From the NCBI GenBank assembly GCA_020137815.1, contig CM035356.1:496001-560000 (forward strand): a DNA stretch of 64,000 nt, written 5' to 3'. Shown in pieces: positions 12,059 to 22,679 of this stretch. The notes under the pieces are model-generated. The model did no database searches and had not been told where the DNA came from. It saw only the letters and a list, made by a program, of their open reading frames with translations. This DNA comes from Hormiphora californensis (Eukaryota > Animalia > Ctenophora). Both the position numbers and the translations under genes were made by a program. How positions within the stretch are numbered: the stretch's first letter is position 1; each line of letters opens with the position of its first letter.

Positions 12059-15000
12059 CTCTTCCCTGTGTCTTTCTCTCCATCGGTACAATCATACACG
12101 CCCTCTTGTGCAGCTACAACAATGCTTGTGTGAGCCTAGTGGGACTAAGTTGGGTGAAAAGATGACCTAATTCTCACCAAAACTTTAAGTTACCCTGAAC
12201 CTTTAATTCACACGGAATCACCAAGAAATAGGAAGTATTTCACCTTCTTTTTTGTCATAAATCCGGCACCAATTTATGCAGATAGATAATTTGCTGGTAC
12301 ATTTTCACAAGTGGAGCCTTTTTAGAGGAAGTGCTGTAGCAACACTGTTGCAAGCATCCCACTCTCTTTCTCAATTATCTATCCTCCGTTTGTCAGCGCC
12401 CCGGGCGCCATGTTTCGTCATTGTTTGTTAGTGTTTTTGGTGGTTTCTGCAGCTCTTGCAGCCCCCATCCCCCGTGACGATGAGATCACTTTTGAGGAGT
12501 TGGATTTTGTAAAACTTCCAGATGTTCCCAAGCCTAAATTGAAGGTTCCAGATGTTCCTAAGCCTAAATTGAAGGTCCCAGATGTTCCCAAGCCTAAACT
12601 GAAGGTTCCAGATGTTCCTAAGCCTAAACTGAAGGTCCCAGATGTTCCGAAGCCTAAATTGAAGGTTCCAGATGTTCCTAAGCCTAAATTGAAGGTTCCA
12701 GATGTTCCCAAGCCTAAATTGAAGGTCCCAGATGTTCCCAAGCCTAAATTGAAGGTTCCCGATGTACCAAAGCCTAAGATTCCTGGTACCAAGAAGAAGA
12801 CTAAGAAGGCTAAGAAGGCCAAGAAGGCCAAGAAGGCTAAGAAGGCTAAGAAGGCTAAGAAGGCCAAGAAGGCCAAGAAGGCCAAGAAGGCTAAGAAGGC
12901 CAAGAAGGCTAAGAAGGCCAAGAAGGCCAAGAAGGCTAAGAAGGCCAAGAAGGCCAAGAAGGCCAAGAAGGCTAAGAAGGCCAAGAAGGCCAAGAAGGCC
13001 AAGAAGGCCAAGAAGGCTAAGAAGGCCAAGAAGGCCAAGAAGGCCAAGAAGGCTAAGAAGGCTAAGAAGGCTAAGAAGGCCAAGAAGGCCAAGAAGGCCA
13101 AGAAGGCCAAGAAGTCCAAGAAGGCTAAGAAGGCCAAGAAGGCTAAGAAGGCTAAGAAGACCAAGAAGGCCAAGAAGGCTAAGAAGGCCAAGAAGGCTAA
13201 GAAGGCTAAGAAGACCAAGAAGGCTAAGAAGGCTAAGAAGGCTAAGAAGACCAAGAAGACCAAGAAGGCTAAGAAGACCAAGAAGGCTAAGAAGGCCAAG
13301 AAGGCTAAGAAGGCTAAGAAGACCAAGAAGGCCAAGAAGGCCAAGAAGGCCAAGAAGGCTAAGAAGGCCAAGAAGTCCAAGAAGGCTAAGAAGGCCAAGA
13401 AGGCCAAGAAGGCTAAGAAGACCAAGAAGGCTAAGAAGACCAAGAAGGCTAAGAAGGCCAAGAAGGCCAAGAAGGCCAAGAAGACCAAGAAGGCTAAGAA
13501 GACCAAGAAGGCTAAGAAGGCCAAGAAGGCTAAGAAGGCCAAGAAGGCTAAGAAGACCAAGAAGGCTAAGAAGGCCAAGAAGGCCAAGAAGACCAAGAAG
13601 GCCAAGAAGACCAAGAAGGCTAAGAAGACCAAGAAGGCTAAGAAGGCTAAGAAGACCAAGAAGGCCAAGAAGGCCAAGAAGGCCAAGAAGGCTAAGAAGG
13701 CCAAGAAGTCCAAGAAGGCTAAGAAGGCCAAGAAGGCCAAGAAGGCTAAGAAGACCAAGAAGGCTAAGAAGACCAAGAAGGCTAAGAAGGCCAAGAAGGC
13801 CAAGAAGGCCAAGAAGACCAAGAAGGCTAAGAAGACCAAGAAGGCTAAGAAGGCCAAGAAGGCTAAGAAGGCCAAGAAGGCCAAGAAGGCTAAGAAGACC
13901 AAGAAGGCTAAGAAGGCTAAGAAGACCAAGAAGGCTAAGAAGGCTAAGAAGGCCAAGAAGGCTAAGAAGGCCAAGAAGGCTAAGAAGACCAAGAAGGCTA
14001 AGAAGACCAAGAAGGCCAAGAAGGCCAAGAAGGCTAAGAAGACCAAGAAGACCAAGAAGGCTAAGAAGGCCAAGAAGACCAAGAAGGCTAAGAAGGCTAA
14101 GAAGTCCAAGAAGGCCAAGAAGACCAAGAAGGCTAAGAAGGCTAAGAAGGCTAAGAAGGCCAAGAAGGCCAAGAAGGCTAAGAAGACCAAGAAGACCAAG
14201 AAGGCTAAGAAGGCCAAGAAGGCTAAGAAGACCAAGAAGGCTAAGAAGACCAAGAAGGCTAAGAAGGCCAAGAAGGCTAAGAAGACCAAGAAGGCTAAGA
14301 AGGCCAAGAAGGCCAAGAAGACTAAGAAGGCCAAGAAGACCAAGAAGGCTAAGAAGACCAAGAAGACCAAGAAGGCTAAGAAGGCCAAGAAGGCCAAGGC
14401 TAAGAAGGCTAAGAAGGCCAAGAAGGCTAAGAAGGCTAAGAAGGCCAAGAAGACCAAGAAGGCCAAGAAGGCCAAGAAGGCTAAGAAGACCAAGAAGGCT
14501 AAGAAGGCTAAGAAGACCAAGAAGGCTAAGAAGGCTAAGAAGACCAAGAAGGCTAAGAAGGCCAAGAAGGCCAAGAAGGCCAAGAAGGCTAAGAAGACCA
14601 AGAAGGCTAAGAAGGCTAAGAAGGCCAAGAAGGCCAAGAAGGCTAAGAAGGCTAAGAAGGCCAAGAAGGCTAAGAAGGCCAAGAAGGCTAAGAAGGCCAA
14701 GAAGGCCAAGAAGGCTAAGAAGGCTAAGAAGGCCAAGAAGGCTAAGAAGGCCAAGAAGGCCAAGAAGGCCAAGAAGGCCAAGAAGGCTAAGAAGGCTAAG
14801 AAGGCCAAGAAGGCTAAGAAGGCCAAGAAGGCTAAGAAGGCCAAGAAGGCCAAGAAGGCCAAGAAGGCTAAGAAGGCTAAGAAGGCCAAGAAGGCTAAGA
14901 AGGCTAAGAAGGCCAAGAAGGCTAAGAAGAAGCCTAAGAAGGCTAAGAAGGCTAAGAAGGCTAAGAAGGCCAAGAAGGCTAAGAAGGCCAAGAAGGCCAA

Positions 15001-18000
15001 GAAGGCCAAGAAGGCTAAGAAGGCTAAGAAGGCTAAGAAGGCTAAGAAGGCTAAGAAGGCCAAGAAGGCCAAGAAGGCTAAGAAGAAGCCTAAGAAGAAG
15101 CCCAAGAAGAAACCTCCTCCCAAGAAGCCCAAGAAGAAACCTCCTCCCAAGAAGCCCAAGAAGAAACCTCCTCCTAAGAAGAAGGGATACTAATTTAGAA
15201 AGTATTTTGTAATTGAATCGCAGGTTTGCGCTAATAAATGTTCTTAAATCATGTGTGTTCTCCTATTTGTAAAACACAATCATCACAAATACACCAGCAG
15301 TACCAACTAACCATTTTGCTGATATCATTTTTTCCCTGCCCGGGTGAATGCCGAAGGCATTCACCCGGATGCCTTTTTACTTTGTAAAAAGGCATAGCAG
15401 GGTTAGAATTCGAAAACGACATTTTGGTATACTAACTAAATTGGTAGAGGGACCATTTTTGTCACACTTGCGTTGCGAGGGGCAACGGTGTAGCAACTAG
15501 AGCCGCGCGCACAGTGACGAGCTACTCCTTCATCAAACACCTCATTGACACAGTTTGATGGACGTGTGTGCGCGCCACTCAACAAAACATGAAATGCTCT
15601 GCCGCGCGTTTCGCGTGTTACATACACATTTTCATCTTGCGAGTCGAGTGTGAGATGTTAGATAAGTAGTTAAGTTGGAATGTCAAAAGCTGGTTAGCAA
15701 GTGTCATGTGATTGGGAGTTAGCTAACTCTAAGCTATGTGAGAAGTATACTGACAGCTAGATCGTATGCATCTCACATTACATTATGACCAAGCCTTGAT
15801 CCGGTTGGCAGTGACAATGTCACTGACATGTGAAACGGTAGGGCAGGGAAACTCAGCATTATGACCACATAATGCAATAATTCTTGTTACCCATTACATT
15901 ATAACCACAACAACTAACTAAAGTCGGATTTTTGAAGTTGCCATTCCCCCGCGTGGTGCTTGCGTCAAAGAGTGATAAATATCACACACACGAGTTTGGG
16001 CTGACAACTACTAAACATCTGACTTTACCGAAACTACCGTGCATTTAGAGAACCGGGCTTTCCCCGCCCCAGACTACTCCAGCTTTATGCTATGAACTTC
16101 AATCACGCGGTTAGTGAGAATAGGGGCCCCTAAAAAGTTCAGTCGTTACACCACCACAGCACCGCTCTGGGACCGATTTTGGAGGCTGTGCTAAGTTTTC
16201 TAAATTTGATACAATAGATGCATTACGTCAATAAATCTTCAATTTCACCTAAAGTACAACCTAAACTACTATGTCCCTCACTCGGGTTTTGTGAAATTTC
16301 CCACTGGTCATAACTCCACTCCCTGATGAGATAGAGACTTGAAATTTGTTTTGTAGGAAGAACTCGACATGATCTCCTCACAAAACAAACTTTCAAGTTT
16401 CTATCTTATCAGGGGGTGGAGCAATGGCCGTCTAAAATCCGGTCGCTCGCAGCAAGGGCTATAGTAGATTCACGCCCACGTCTACATTTGTGTCATTGAA
16501 AGCTCAACCTCACTCCACTTCTACCCCACCTCACCTAACCCCCATACTACCCACTCCAACACCCACAGCCCATACCTCCCACTCCCACCCCTTCACTCAC
16601 CCCATCAAACTGCACCAGGAACTCTGTCTTGAGACGTCTAGTGGCATCATGTTCGTTGTCTCTCCGCTCTGTTAACATCGAATCCACCTCGTCGATGAAT
16701 ATTATAGCAGGACTCACTTCAGCAGCAATAGTAAACAGCACCTTCACTAGCTTCTCTCCTGGGAGGGGTGAGGGGTTTACATGGCTGACCTGAGATTAAA
16801 CTCACTAATCTCCCGGTCTGAGAGTGGTCGGAGTCGCCAGACACGGTTTCTTTTTACTAAAGTGTTGTTGCAGATAGTGTGACTGCAATATTAAAATTTA
16901 AAACTAGAAACAATGGTTTACCTTCTCCTATGTATTTAGAGGTAAGAGAGGATGCACTAATGTTGAAGAATGTACAATTCGCTTCAGTAGCGACTGCCTT
17001 GGCTAGCATCGTCTTGCCATTTCCGGGTGGCCCAAAAAGAAGTAGACCCCTTGCTGGAGCACGCAGTCCACTAAATAGATCAGGTACGGAGAGTTGGTAG
17101 AATCACTGAGAGAGAGACACGTGTTACGTCACGCTTGTCTTGGCTCTAGTCATAATCAACAGTAGGTTGGCTAATACAGCTCTTGATTACAACTGTATCA
17201 GAGATTATACGAGTTTCCCTTCTTACCAATCTCCTGTAGTGCAGATTTAGCATTAGCCAGACCAGCTATATCAGTCCCAGTTAACTCCAGGCTTATCTGA
17301 TACCTACCTCATCCAATATAATATTCTTCAGTTTGTTGTCAATGTTTCGTAGTGCCTTACACTGTGAGATATGTCCTGGTGCACCGGAGGGTGTTTTAGG
17401 TGTTCGTGCTGCAGGGGCTCGCCTTCCTCGGGGGTATCCTGATGGAGTGGAGATAGGTTAGGAAGAGGATCGTATTGTCAATTAGTTTTAGGAGGATTGA
17501 GGATGGGTGTCACGGGTAATACAGATTACTATAATTCAGTTGTACTTTCTGTACCTGAACTAGGTGTTGGTGTGGGTGTTCCACTAAACGTGTATTTAGC
17601 AACACCAGGGGTGGGTGTTTTCCGTGCTATTGGCCTCTTACCACCACCTCTATCTCTCTGAAGGGAATGTTGGGTGAGTGTCCTGCTAGAGAATGTTGGG
17701 TTAGTGTCCTGCTAGAGACTGTCTCTACCCATGGATAGTATCCATTGGATACCGTATTGCATTACCTACCCCTGCAAGCAGAAGCTCAATGTGTCTCAGT
17801 TAAACACCTTAAAGACTAAGCTGTCTCTATAATAGTGGTACTACCGCCTGTGTGCAGTGTAACAACACAAGATGTGATGTGTGTTAATTGGAAGAATGTG
17901 GTGGGATTCAGCTGCGTTTGACTTTAGACGCGCGCATTTTCCCATGCTGACATTACCTACTTTTGTTGTTGCGCGTTACCGCGCGCCACATACCATATCA

Positions 18001-19123
18001 TCACGACTGGTTTTAGCGTCCTGCAGTCCCACCACTAGGTGCCTGGTGCCGCAGATGTGACGCTGGGTCTTTTAGCCTTCTCTTTCTCCTCTCGAACCAG
18101 TTGGTCTGCTTCTGAATGAGGGAGAAGGTGTTAGCACCTATCTCTCTATTGTTGCGGGCCGGTATTGAACCTTGTATACTGTGTAATGTGTGTGTGTATT
18201 GTTTAGTTTGTGTGTGTAGACTGCAGCTACACAATGTGTGTGACGTATACAGGTTATCAACTTTCTATGTGTGTGTTTACATGTAAATAACACATAATGT
18301 AGTTAGTGATTCTACTCAATACAGTGTTTTAGGGGGGAGGGGGTTCAACGAGGGTATCTCTAGTTACACACACACACATACCGCCTTGAAGCACCCCTAA
18401 CACACAGACACAGACACATACCTCCTTGAAGCACCCCTAACACACAGACACACACACACTCGCACACTACACATACCTACACAGTACACACTACATAGTA
18501 CACACTACACACACCTCCTTGAAGCACCCCTAACACACAGACACACTCGCACACTACACATACCTACACAGTACACACTACACAGTACACACTACACACA
18601 CCTACACAGTACACACTACACAGTACACACTACACACACCTACACAGTACACACTACACAGTACACACTACACATACCTACACAGTACACAGTACACACT
18701 ACACATACCTACACAAACACTTACGTAGTTTACTAAGACGGCTCTCTATGTGTTGCTTGTTTGTCTGCATCTTTTCGTATAACACCTTCGCCTTCTCCCA
18801 GTCCCTTCCCGTACACTCGCTTTCTTTGAAACTTATCTTTAGGGCCTCGTCCAGTATTGACAACCCCTTCCGGTACTCGGATATTGCTGATTCTTCTGCA
18901 GAGGGGGGATATTATGCAAAAAGGGAAAAAGAAGGCAATATTTCACAACTACTATCCCCGACTCCTCGCAAACCCATCCACCCCGGCCCCCACACAACAA
19001 TCCCCTCCCCCTCTCTCACCCCCTCTACCTACCATCTTCTTGTTCATCGTAGTTCAGTGCGGCGTTGATGTGTCCGAATGCTCTATGATGGTACTTGTTC
19101 AGTGCAGTTATTCTTGGGTCCAT
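11033..19123 (-). CDS. SPAST: Spastin (MIT domain + AAA ATPase), multi-exon
   Basis: MIT exons ([16 protein letters not shown]; [13 protein letters not shown]), Walker [19 protein letters not shown] (~17000-17060), Walker [23 protein letters not shown]|[48 protein letters not shown], and C-terminal YEKWNKDFG followed by stop at 11033-11035. The start is uncertain because the frame stays open to the acceptor at 19167. Confidence 0.93.
12410..15193 (+). CDS. Secreted Lys-rich repeat protein: signal peptide + 9 x (V/L)PDVPKPK(LK) + ~250 x KK(A/T/S) + KKKPPP tail; nested antisense in a spastin intron
   Basis: Single 927-aa ORF with gccATG context, upstream polypyrimidine tract and AG (12396), hydrophobic signal [17 protein letters not shown]|AP, repeat variation mostly synonymous (GCC/GCT), and AATAAA at 15233. 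Confidence 0.85.
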   Translation: MFRHCLLVFLVVSAALAAPIPRDDEITFEELDFVKLPDVPKPKLKVPDVPKPKLKVPDVPKPKLKVPDVPKPKLKVPDVPKPKLKVPDVPKPKLKVPDVPKPKLKVPDVPKPKLKVPDVPKPKIPGTKKKTKKAKKAKKAKKAKKAKKAKKAKKAKKAKKAKKAKKAKKAKKAKKAKKAKKAKKAKKAKKAKKAKKAKKAKKAKKAKKAKKAKKAKKAKKAKKAKKAKKAKKAKKSKKAKKAKKAKKAKKTKKAKKAKKAKKAKKAKKTKKAKKAKKAKKTKKTKKAKKTKKAKKAKKAKKAKKTKKAKKAKKAKKAKKAKKSKKAKKAKKAKKAKKTKKAKKTKKAKKAKKAKKAKKTKKAKKTKKAKKAKKAKKAKKAKKTKKAKKAKKAKKTKKAKKTKKAKKTKKAKKAKKTKKAKKAKKAKKAKKAKKSKKAKKAKKAKKAKKTKKAKKTKKAKKAKKAKKAKKTKKAKKTKKAKKAKKAKKAKKAKKAKKTKKAKKAKKTKKAKKAKKAKKAKKAKKAKKTKKAKKTKKAKKAKKAKKTKKTKKAKKAKKTKKAKKAKKSKKAKKTKKAKKAKKAKKAKKAKKAKKTKKTKKAKKAKKAKKTKKAKKTKKAKKAKKAKKTKKAKKAKKAKKTKKAKKTKKAKKTKKTKKAKKAKKAKAKKAKKAKKAKKAKKAKKTKKAKKAKKAKKTKKAKKAKKTKKAKKAKKTKKAKKAKKAKKAKKAKKTKKAKKAKKAKKAKKAKKAKKAKKAKKAKKAKKAKKAKKAKKAKKAKKAKKAKKAKKAKKAKKAKKAKKAKKAKKAKKAKKAKKAKKAKKAKKAKKAKKAKKAKKAKKAKKKPKKAKKAKKAKKAKKAKKAKKAKKAKKAKKAKKAKKAKKAKKAKKAKKAKKKPKKKPKKKPPPKKPKKKPPPKKPKKKPPPKKKGY
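15328..15888 (+). mobile_element. Helentron/DINE-1-like non-autonomous element (HINE)
   Basis: Starts in a T run. Subterminal IRs TTTCCCTGCCC and GGGCAGGGAAA, a 5' hairpin CCGGGTGAATGCC-GAA-GGCATTCACCCGG, and a 3' stem-loop GCATTATG...CATAATGC followed by TTCTTGTT. Confidence 0.7.
15918..16450. mobile_element. Interspersed repeat, family shared with ~37750-37870
   Basis: Shared blocks taaagtcggattttt.gaa and gagatagagacttgaaattt, plus an internal inverted repeat at about 16315-16420. Ends are not resolved. Confidence 0.5.
18363..18720. repeat. CA-rich intronic tandem repeats
   Basis: (acacagtacacactac)n units and three copies of cct/gccttgaagcacccctaacacacag. Confidence 0.9.
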
Positions 19124-19320
19124 GTTTTTGTTGTTACCACTACTACTCGGGTACGATACTGGCCTATCTGATGGTAGGGAGTGGGTAATAAGGAAACAGG
19201 GGAGAGAACATGCAACTGTAGATCAGTGCAAGATAAAAGACATCAAAGGAAAGTATACATTTTTGTGTGAAAACATTCATCTAAAGCGAGCAAGATAAGA
19301 GAAGCTAAGGTCATCATATT

Positions 19321-19653
19321 TCATGCAGAGAGACCTTTGTGACGACTAGAACGTGATTTGGGAGGCCCAGAAGAGGAGGAGCTATGTTTAGTACGAGCTG
19401 TGTGGGGGGAGGGATCGTTACACCCTGATACGCTATAGTATCGATTAGTCGACTGGTGGTGGGTAACAGGGATGGTCTCCCGCAAGCTTCTCAACAGATT
19501 AGGGTCTCTGAAAATGCGAGGTATGTCACACTGTGTTGCCTCACCATGGATACCAGCAAGCGGGGGAGGGAAATGTGCTATATAATGCTGTGTCATTGTG
19601 CAGTAGTAGCAATATACTTACAGTGTTGAGCAACGTTCCCTGTCGCCAGACAT
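19321..19653 (-). CDS. Putative small two-exon ORF (~72 aa, Ser/basic-rich), or alternative 5' exons of spastin
   Basis: ATGTCTGGC...ACACT|gtaagt splices in frame to ttttcag|AGACCC, giving MSGDRERCSTLDPNLLRSLRETIP...KGLSA*. No homology recognised. Confidence 0.4.
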
Positions 19654-19955
19654 AACAATCACATAACTACAGAGAGAGAGAAATGGGTTATATATTGGGT
19701 GTTGGCGGGTGTGTAATTAGTTGGAGGTAGACCGTTAGAGTAGTGTAGGTAGGATGCTATATTGAGTGTTGGCAGGTAACTGGGTATATCAGGAGAGAAA
19801 GGTGTGAGGGGAAGTCACAGAGAGGATCAATAACACAGTCACGACACAATAAATTAAACCACTGCCTTCAAATAATTAGTTCTTTAAAATAACATTTCCA
19901 TAAAAAGTAAGAGATCTCCCCATAGCACTAAAAAATCAACACACACACACTAAAA

Positions 19956-22679
19956 CTATAATATTGTAATCTGATCACCGTCTGAGTTTTGCATAAATGC
20001 TTTGACCTCTGCTGCTGTGGGTCTATCCTCTGGATCACGTGATGTCATCTGCCCCAGGATCACCCTGTATTTAGGGTACTGTTCATCAATAAATCTGGAC
20101 ACCCTCCCTTCAGTCCTGAGCTGTTCCAGCACCTCTATCCTCTCCATCCCTGTACCGAACACCATCATCAGCTCGTAGAGAATGATTCCAAGTGCGAATA
20201 TATCAACTTTATAATCGTATTTAGTATCACTCTCCAACTCAGGAGCCATGTACAACTTAGTACCCAGATTGTGAGTGAGAGAGGGACCTGACTGATAATC
20301 ACTTGTCGTTACCTGGGGGGTAGTCGGCAGGACATCTGACATGACTGTAGCTAGACCAAAATCTGCAACCTTAACTACCTTTCCATCGACGGAGAATAAA
20401 ATATTACTCGGTTTGAGATCTCTGTGAATATGGTTTTGAGAGTGAATATAGTCGACTGCCTCGACAATTTGACTGAAAATGTTCATGTTACCCGCCCTGT
20501 CCCGGTGAGAGAGGAGCCAGTCTTTGAGGGTCTGATCGGAACACAACTGCATCTGTATGTACAACAGACACTCTCTACCACTCCCCTCCGAGTTGTGAGT
20601 TTCACCTGTCTCTGTGACCGTGTCTTCACCTACCACTGCCTGAGGGTGCTCCCTGATGTGCGAGGTGTTGGTGGTGGTTGTTCCAGAGAGGGTTATATCC
20701 CACTTTGGGGAGGGGTTGTTCTCCCCCGTCTCATCACGAAACACAATGGAGTCGCTCTGCTCATCACGAAACACTATGGAGTCGCTCTGCTCATCACGAA
20801 ACACTATGGAGTCACTCTGTTCGTCAAAAGAGGGAGGACGGTTTTTAGGAAGTTCAGAGTTCTCCGTTTCATCTTTGAAGATGATCGAATCACTTGTTTC
20901 CTCATTCACCGACCTGTTATCCCATCTTGAGGAACTATCATCTTGGAATACAATAGAATCACTCTCCTCGCCCCTGGAAGATGGGATATCCTTTCTAATC
21001 TCATCAGAATCGCTCTTATCAGAGAACACCCCGTGATCGGAGGTACTACCATAGCTCTTGGTAACACGTATACCAGAGTGGGTTTCTGAGTCGAAATGAT
21101 CGGAGGAGGTGTGTGTGAACTTGCGAGTCCTGGTCCACTCTCTACTAGGAGATTCCTTCCAACTGTTGTAGTACCTGAGTATATTAGTGTGTTCTAACTT
21201 CGCCATTGCAGCCACCTCCCTCTCCACCTTTCTCTTCAGCTCATCCCTAGAAGGTAGACGAATGATCTTGATCGCGTAGTTGTGTTCACTGATCCGGTGA
21301 CGTGCCTCAATAACCTTTCCAAAACCACCCTGACCCAACTCTCGGATAACCTCGAAATCCTGCTCAAATCGAGACTCAAAGGGTCTGTTTTCATCGAATA
21401 TAAAAACAGCCTTCTCTATTGGGCTGTGTGGGGACAACAATTCCACCTCGTCGCCCTCTGTGCCTGTACAGATGCTGGCCAGTTTAGGTTTCTTCTTGTA
21501 TAACCTCCTGTACAGCCAATAACTGAGAATTACAGCCAGCATGAGGGTTGCAGCTAGGTTCTGTAACAAGTACAAGATGTCCTCAACAGTGTACAATTCA
21601 GGCTCCTCCACGGGATCAACATGTTGAGGCATCCACACCTTGTGGACTAGCACGGCAGGGAGGTGGTGGGTGTGGGGTTTGTTAGGCAGCACTGCAAGGG
21701 CAGTTGACTGGTCATGCTGCCAACTTATTGTATTACGACCCTGCCTGCTGACTGAACTCAACCCAAGAGGGAATATCTCTCTGTTTAGTAGACCCATACC
21801 AAAGGATGATTTGTGGGGGTAGAAAGGCTGGATATACAACATGCCATCCCACTGTCCAACATAAATGTTAACCAGTCCTGTGTTATCAGATGTCTTGGTA
21901 CCATCATAGAACATGTTAATGTTAGCTAGAACCTCATTATTGAGCAGCCACGACTGGGACAGGGGACCAGGGAGGGAGGTCCGGGAGAATGTCCCGTCCT
22001 CAAACAGCGCCGTTATCTCCCCATTATCAACATCAAAACCAAGCTTTATTGGGAGGTGATCCAGGGCACAACTACCCTGTGTACCCTGCCCCATATACTG
22101 CATATCAATGTTAGATATAGACCAGTTCCAACTCTCTACACCAAGCTTCAGGTCCAATAATCTCACTGTTTTCCTCTCGTCAGTGATGGCTAGGATGGGT
22201 CTGTTGCCGATACTGCTCGCATTAGCCCTCTCACAGTTCTCCATGTTGCACGTGTACACAGGTTCCCCTGTATCTGGCAGTACCCCCCGGGTTGTTATCA
22301 TTTTACCCCCTATCCACCTCGTCCTCTGTTGTCCATCATGTTTCTGGTTCAGAAGGGTGTCCATTTGGGCATAGGGTTCAATCGAGGGCCAGGGGTTACT
22401 GCTGGTTGGGTTTATTGAGTACAGGTTCCCATCCAGGGACGGGATCAGGAGGATATTGTCCTTGATTGCCATGTTGGTGGAGGAGCTGAGGAGAGGGGAG
22501 CCCAGATCTAACTCCCACCGGAGGGGCAGGCCAGGGCTCAACTCTATCGCTGATATAACACCATCTAGTCGGGATATAAAGAGGAGTGGCTCATCGAACA
22601 CTTGACGGAGACAGATATCAGAGAGGTCTTGGGCGGATAGGACCAGAGAGATGAGAAGGAGGGAGAGGAACTGGAGCAT
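19956..22679 (-). CDS. EIF2AK3: PERK-type eIF2-alpha kinase, intronless CDS
   Basis: Signal peptide, luminal domain (LFISRLDG, LIPSLDGNLY, WNWSI), TM helix, SRFEQDFE...LGQGGFG, YAIKII, REVAAMAKLEH.NI.RYYNSW, long insert, LYIQMQLC, IHRDLKPSNI, DFG, GTKLYMAPE and KVDIFALG. Confidence 0.95.
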   Translation of the reverse strand: MLQFLSLLLISLVLSAQDLSDICLRQVFDEPLLFISRLDGVISAIELSPGLPLRWELDLGSPLLSSSTNMAIKDNILLIPSLDGNLYSINPTSSNPWPSIEPYAQMDTLLNQKHDGQQRTRWIGGKMITTRGVLPDTGEPVYTCNMENCERANASSIGNRPILAITDERKTVRLLDLKLGVESWNWSISNIDMQYMGQGTQGSCALDHLPIKLGFDVDNGEITALFEDGTFSRTSLPGPLSQSWLLNNEVLANINMFYDGTKTSDNTGLVNIYVGQWDGMLYIQPFYPHKSSFGMGLLNREIFPLGLSSVSRQGRNTISWQHDQSTALAVLPNKPHTHHLPAVLVHKVWMPQHVDPVEEPELYTVEDILYLLQNLAATLMLAVILSYWLYRRLYKKKPKLASICTGTEGDEVELLSPHSPIEKAVFIFDENRPFESRFEQDFEVIRELGQGGFGKVIEARHRISEHNYAIKIIRLPSRDELKRKVEREVAAMAKLEHTNILRYYNSWKESPSREWTRTRKFTHTSSDHFDSETHSGIRVTKSYGSTSDHGVFSDKSDSDEIRKDIPSSRGEESDSIVFQDDSSSRWDNRSVNEETSDSIIFKDETENSELPKNRPPSFDEQSDSIVFRDEQSDSIVFRDEQSDSIVFRDETGENNPSPKWDITLSGTTTTNTSHIREHPQAVVGEDTVTETGETHNSEGSGRECLLYIQMQLCSDQTLKDWLLSHRDRAGNMNIFSQIVEAVDYIHSQNHIHRDLKPSNILFSVDGKVVKVADFGLATVMSDVLPTTPQVTTSDYQSGPSLTHNLGTKLYMAPELESDTKYDYKVDIFALGIILYELMMVFGTGMERIEVLEQLRTEGRVSRFIDEQYPKYRVILGQMTSRDPEDRPTAAEVKAFMQNSDGDQITIL

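Noticed and set aside
12418-15212. 913-aa (FLA)n antisense ORF and 816-aa (RRL/RRP)n shifted-frame ORF
   Set aside because: Both are by-products of the AAG-AAG-GCY repeat. The commonest variation is silent in the KKA frame but changes residues in the RRL/RRP frame. Only the KKA frame has a signal peptide, a good start context and a poly(A) signal.
20424-22374. Plus-strand ORFs overlapping PERK
   Set aside because: Antisense shadows of the kinase CDS.
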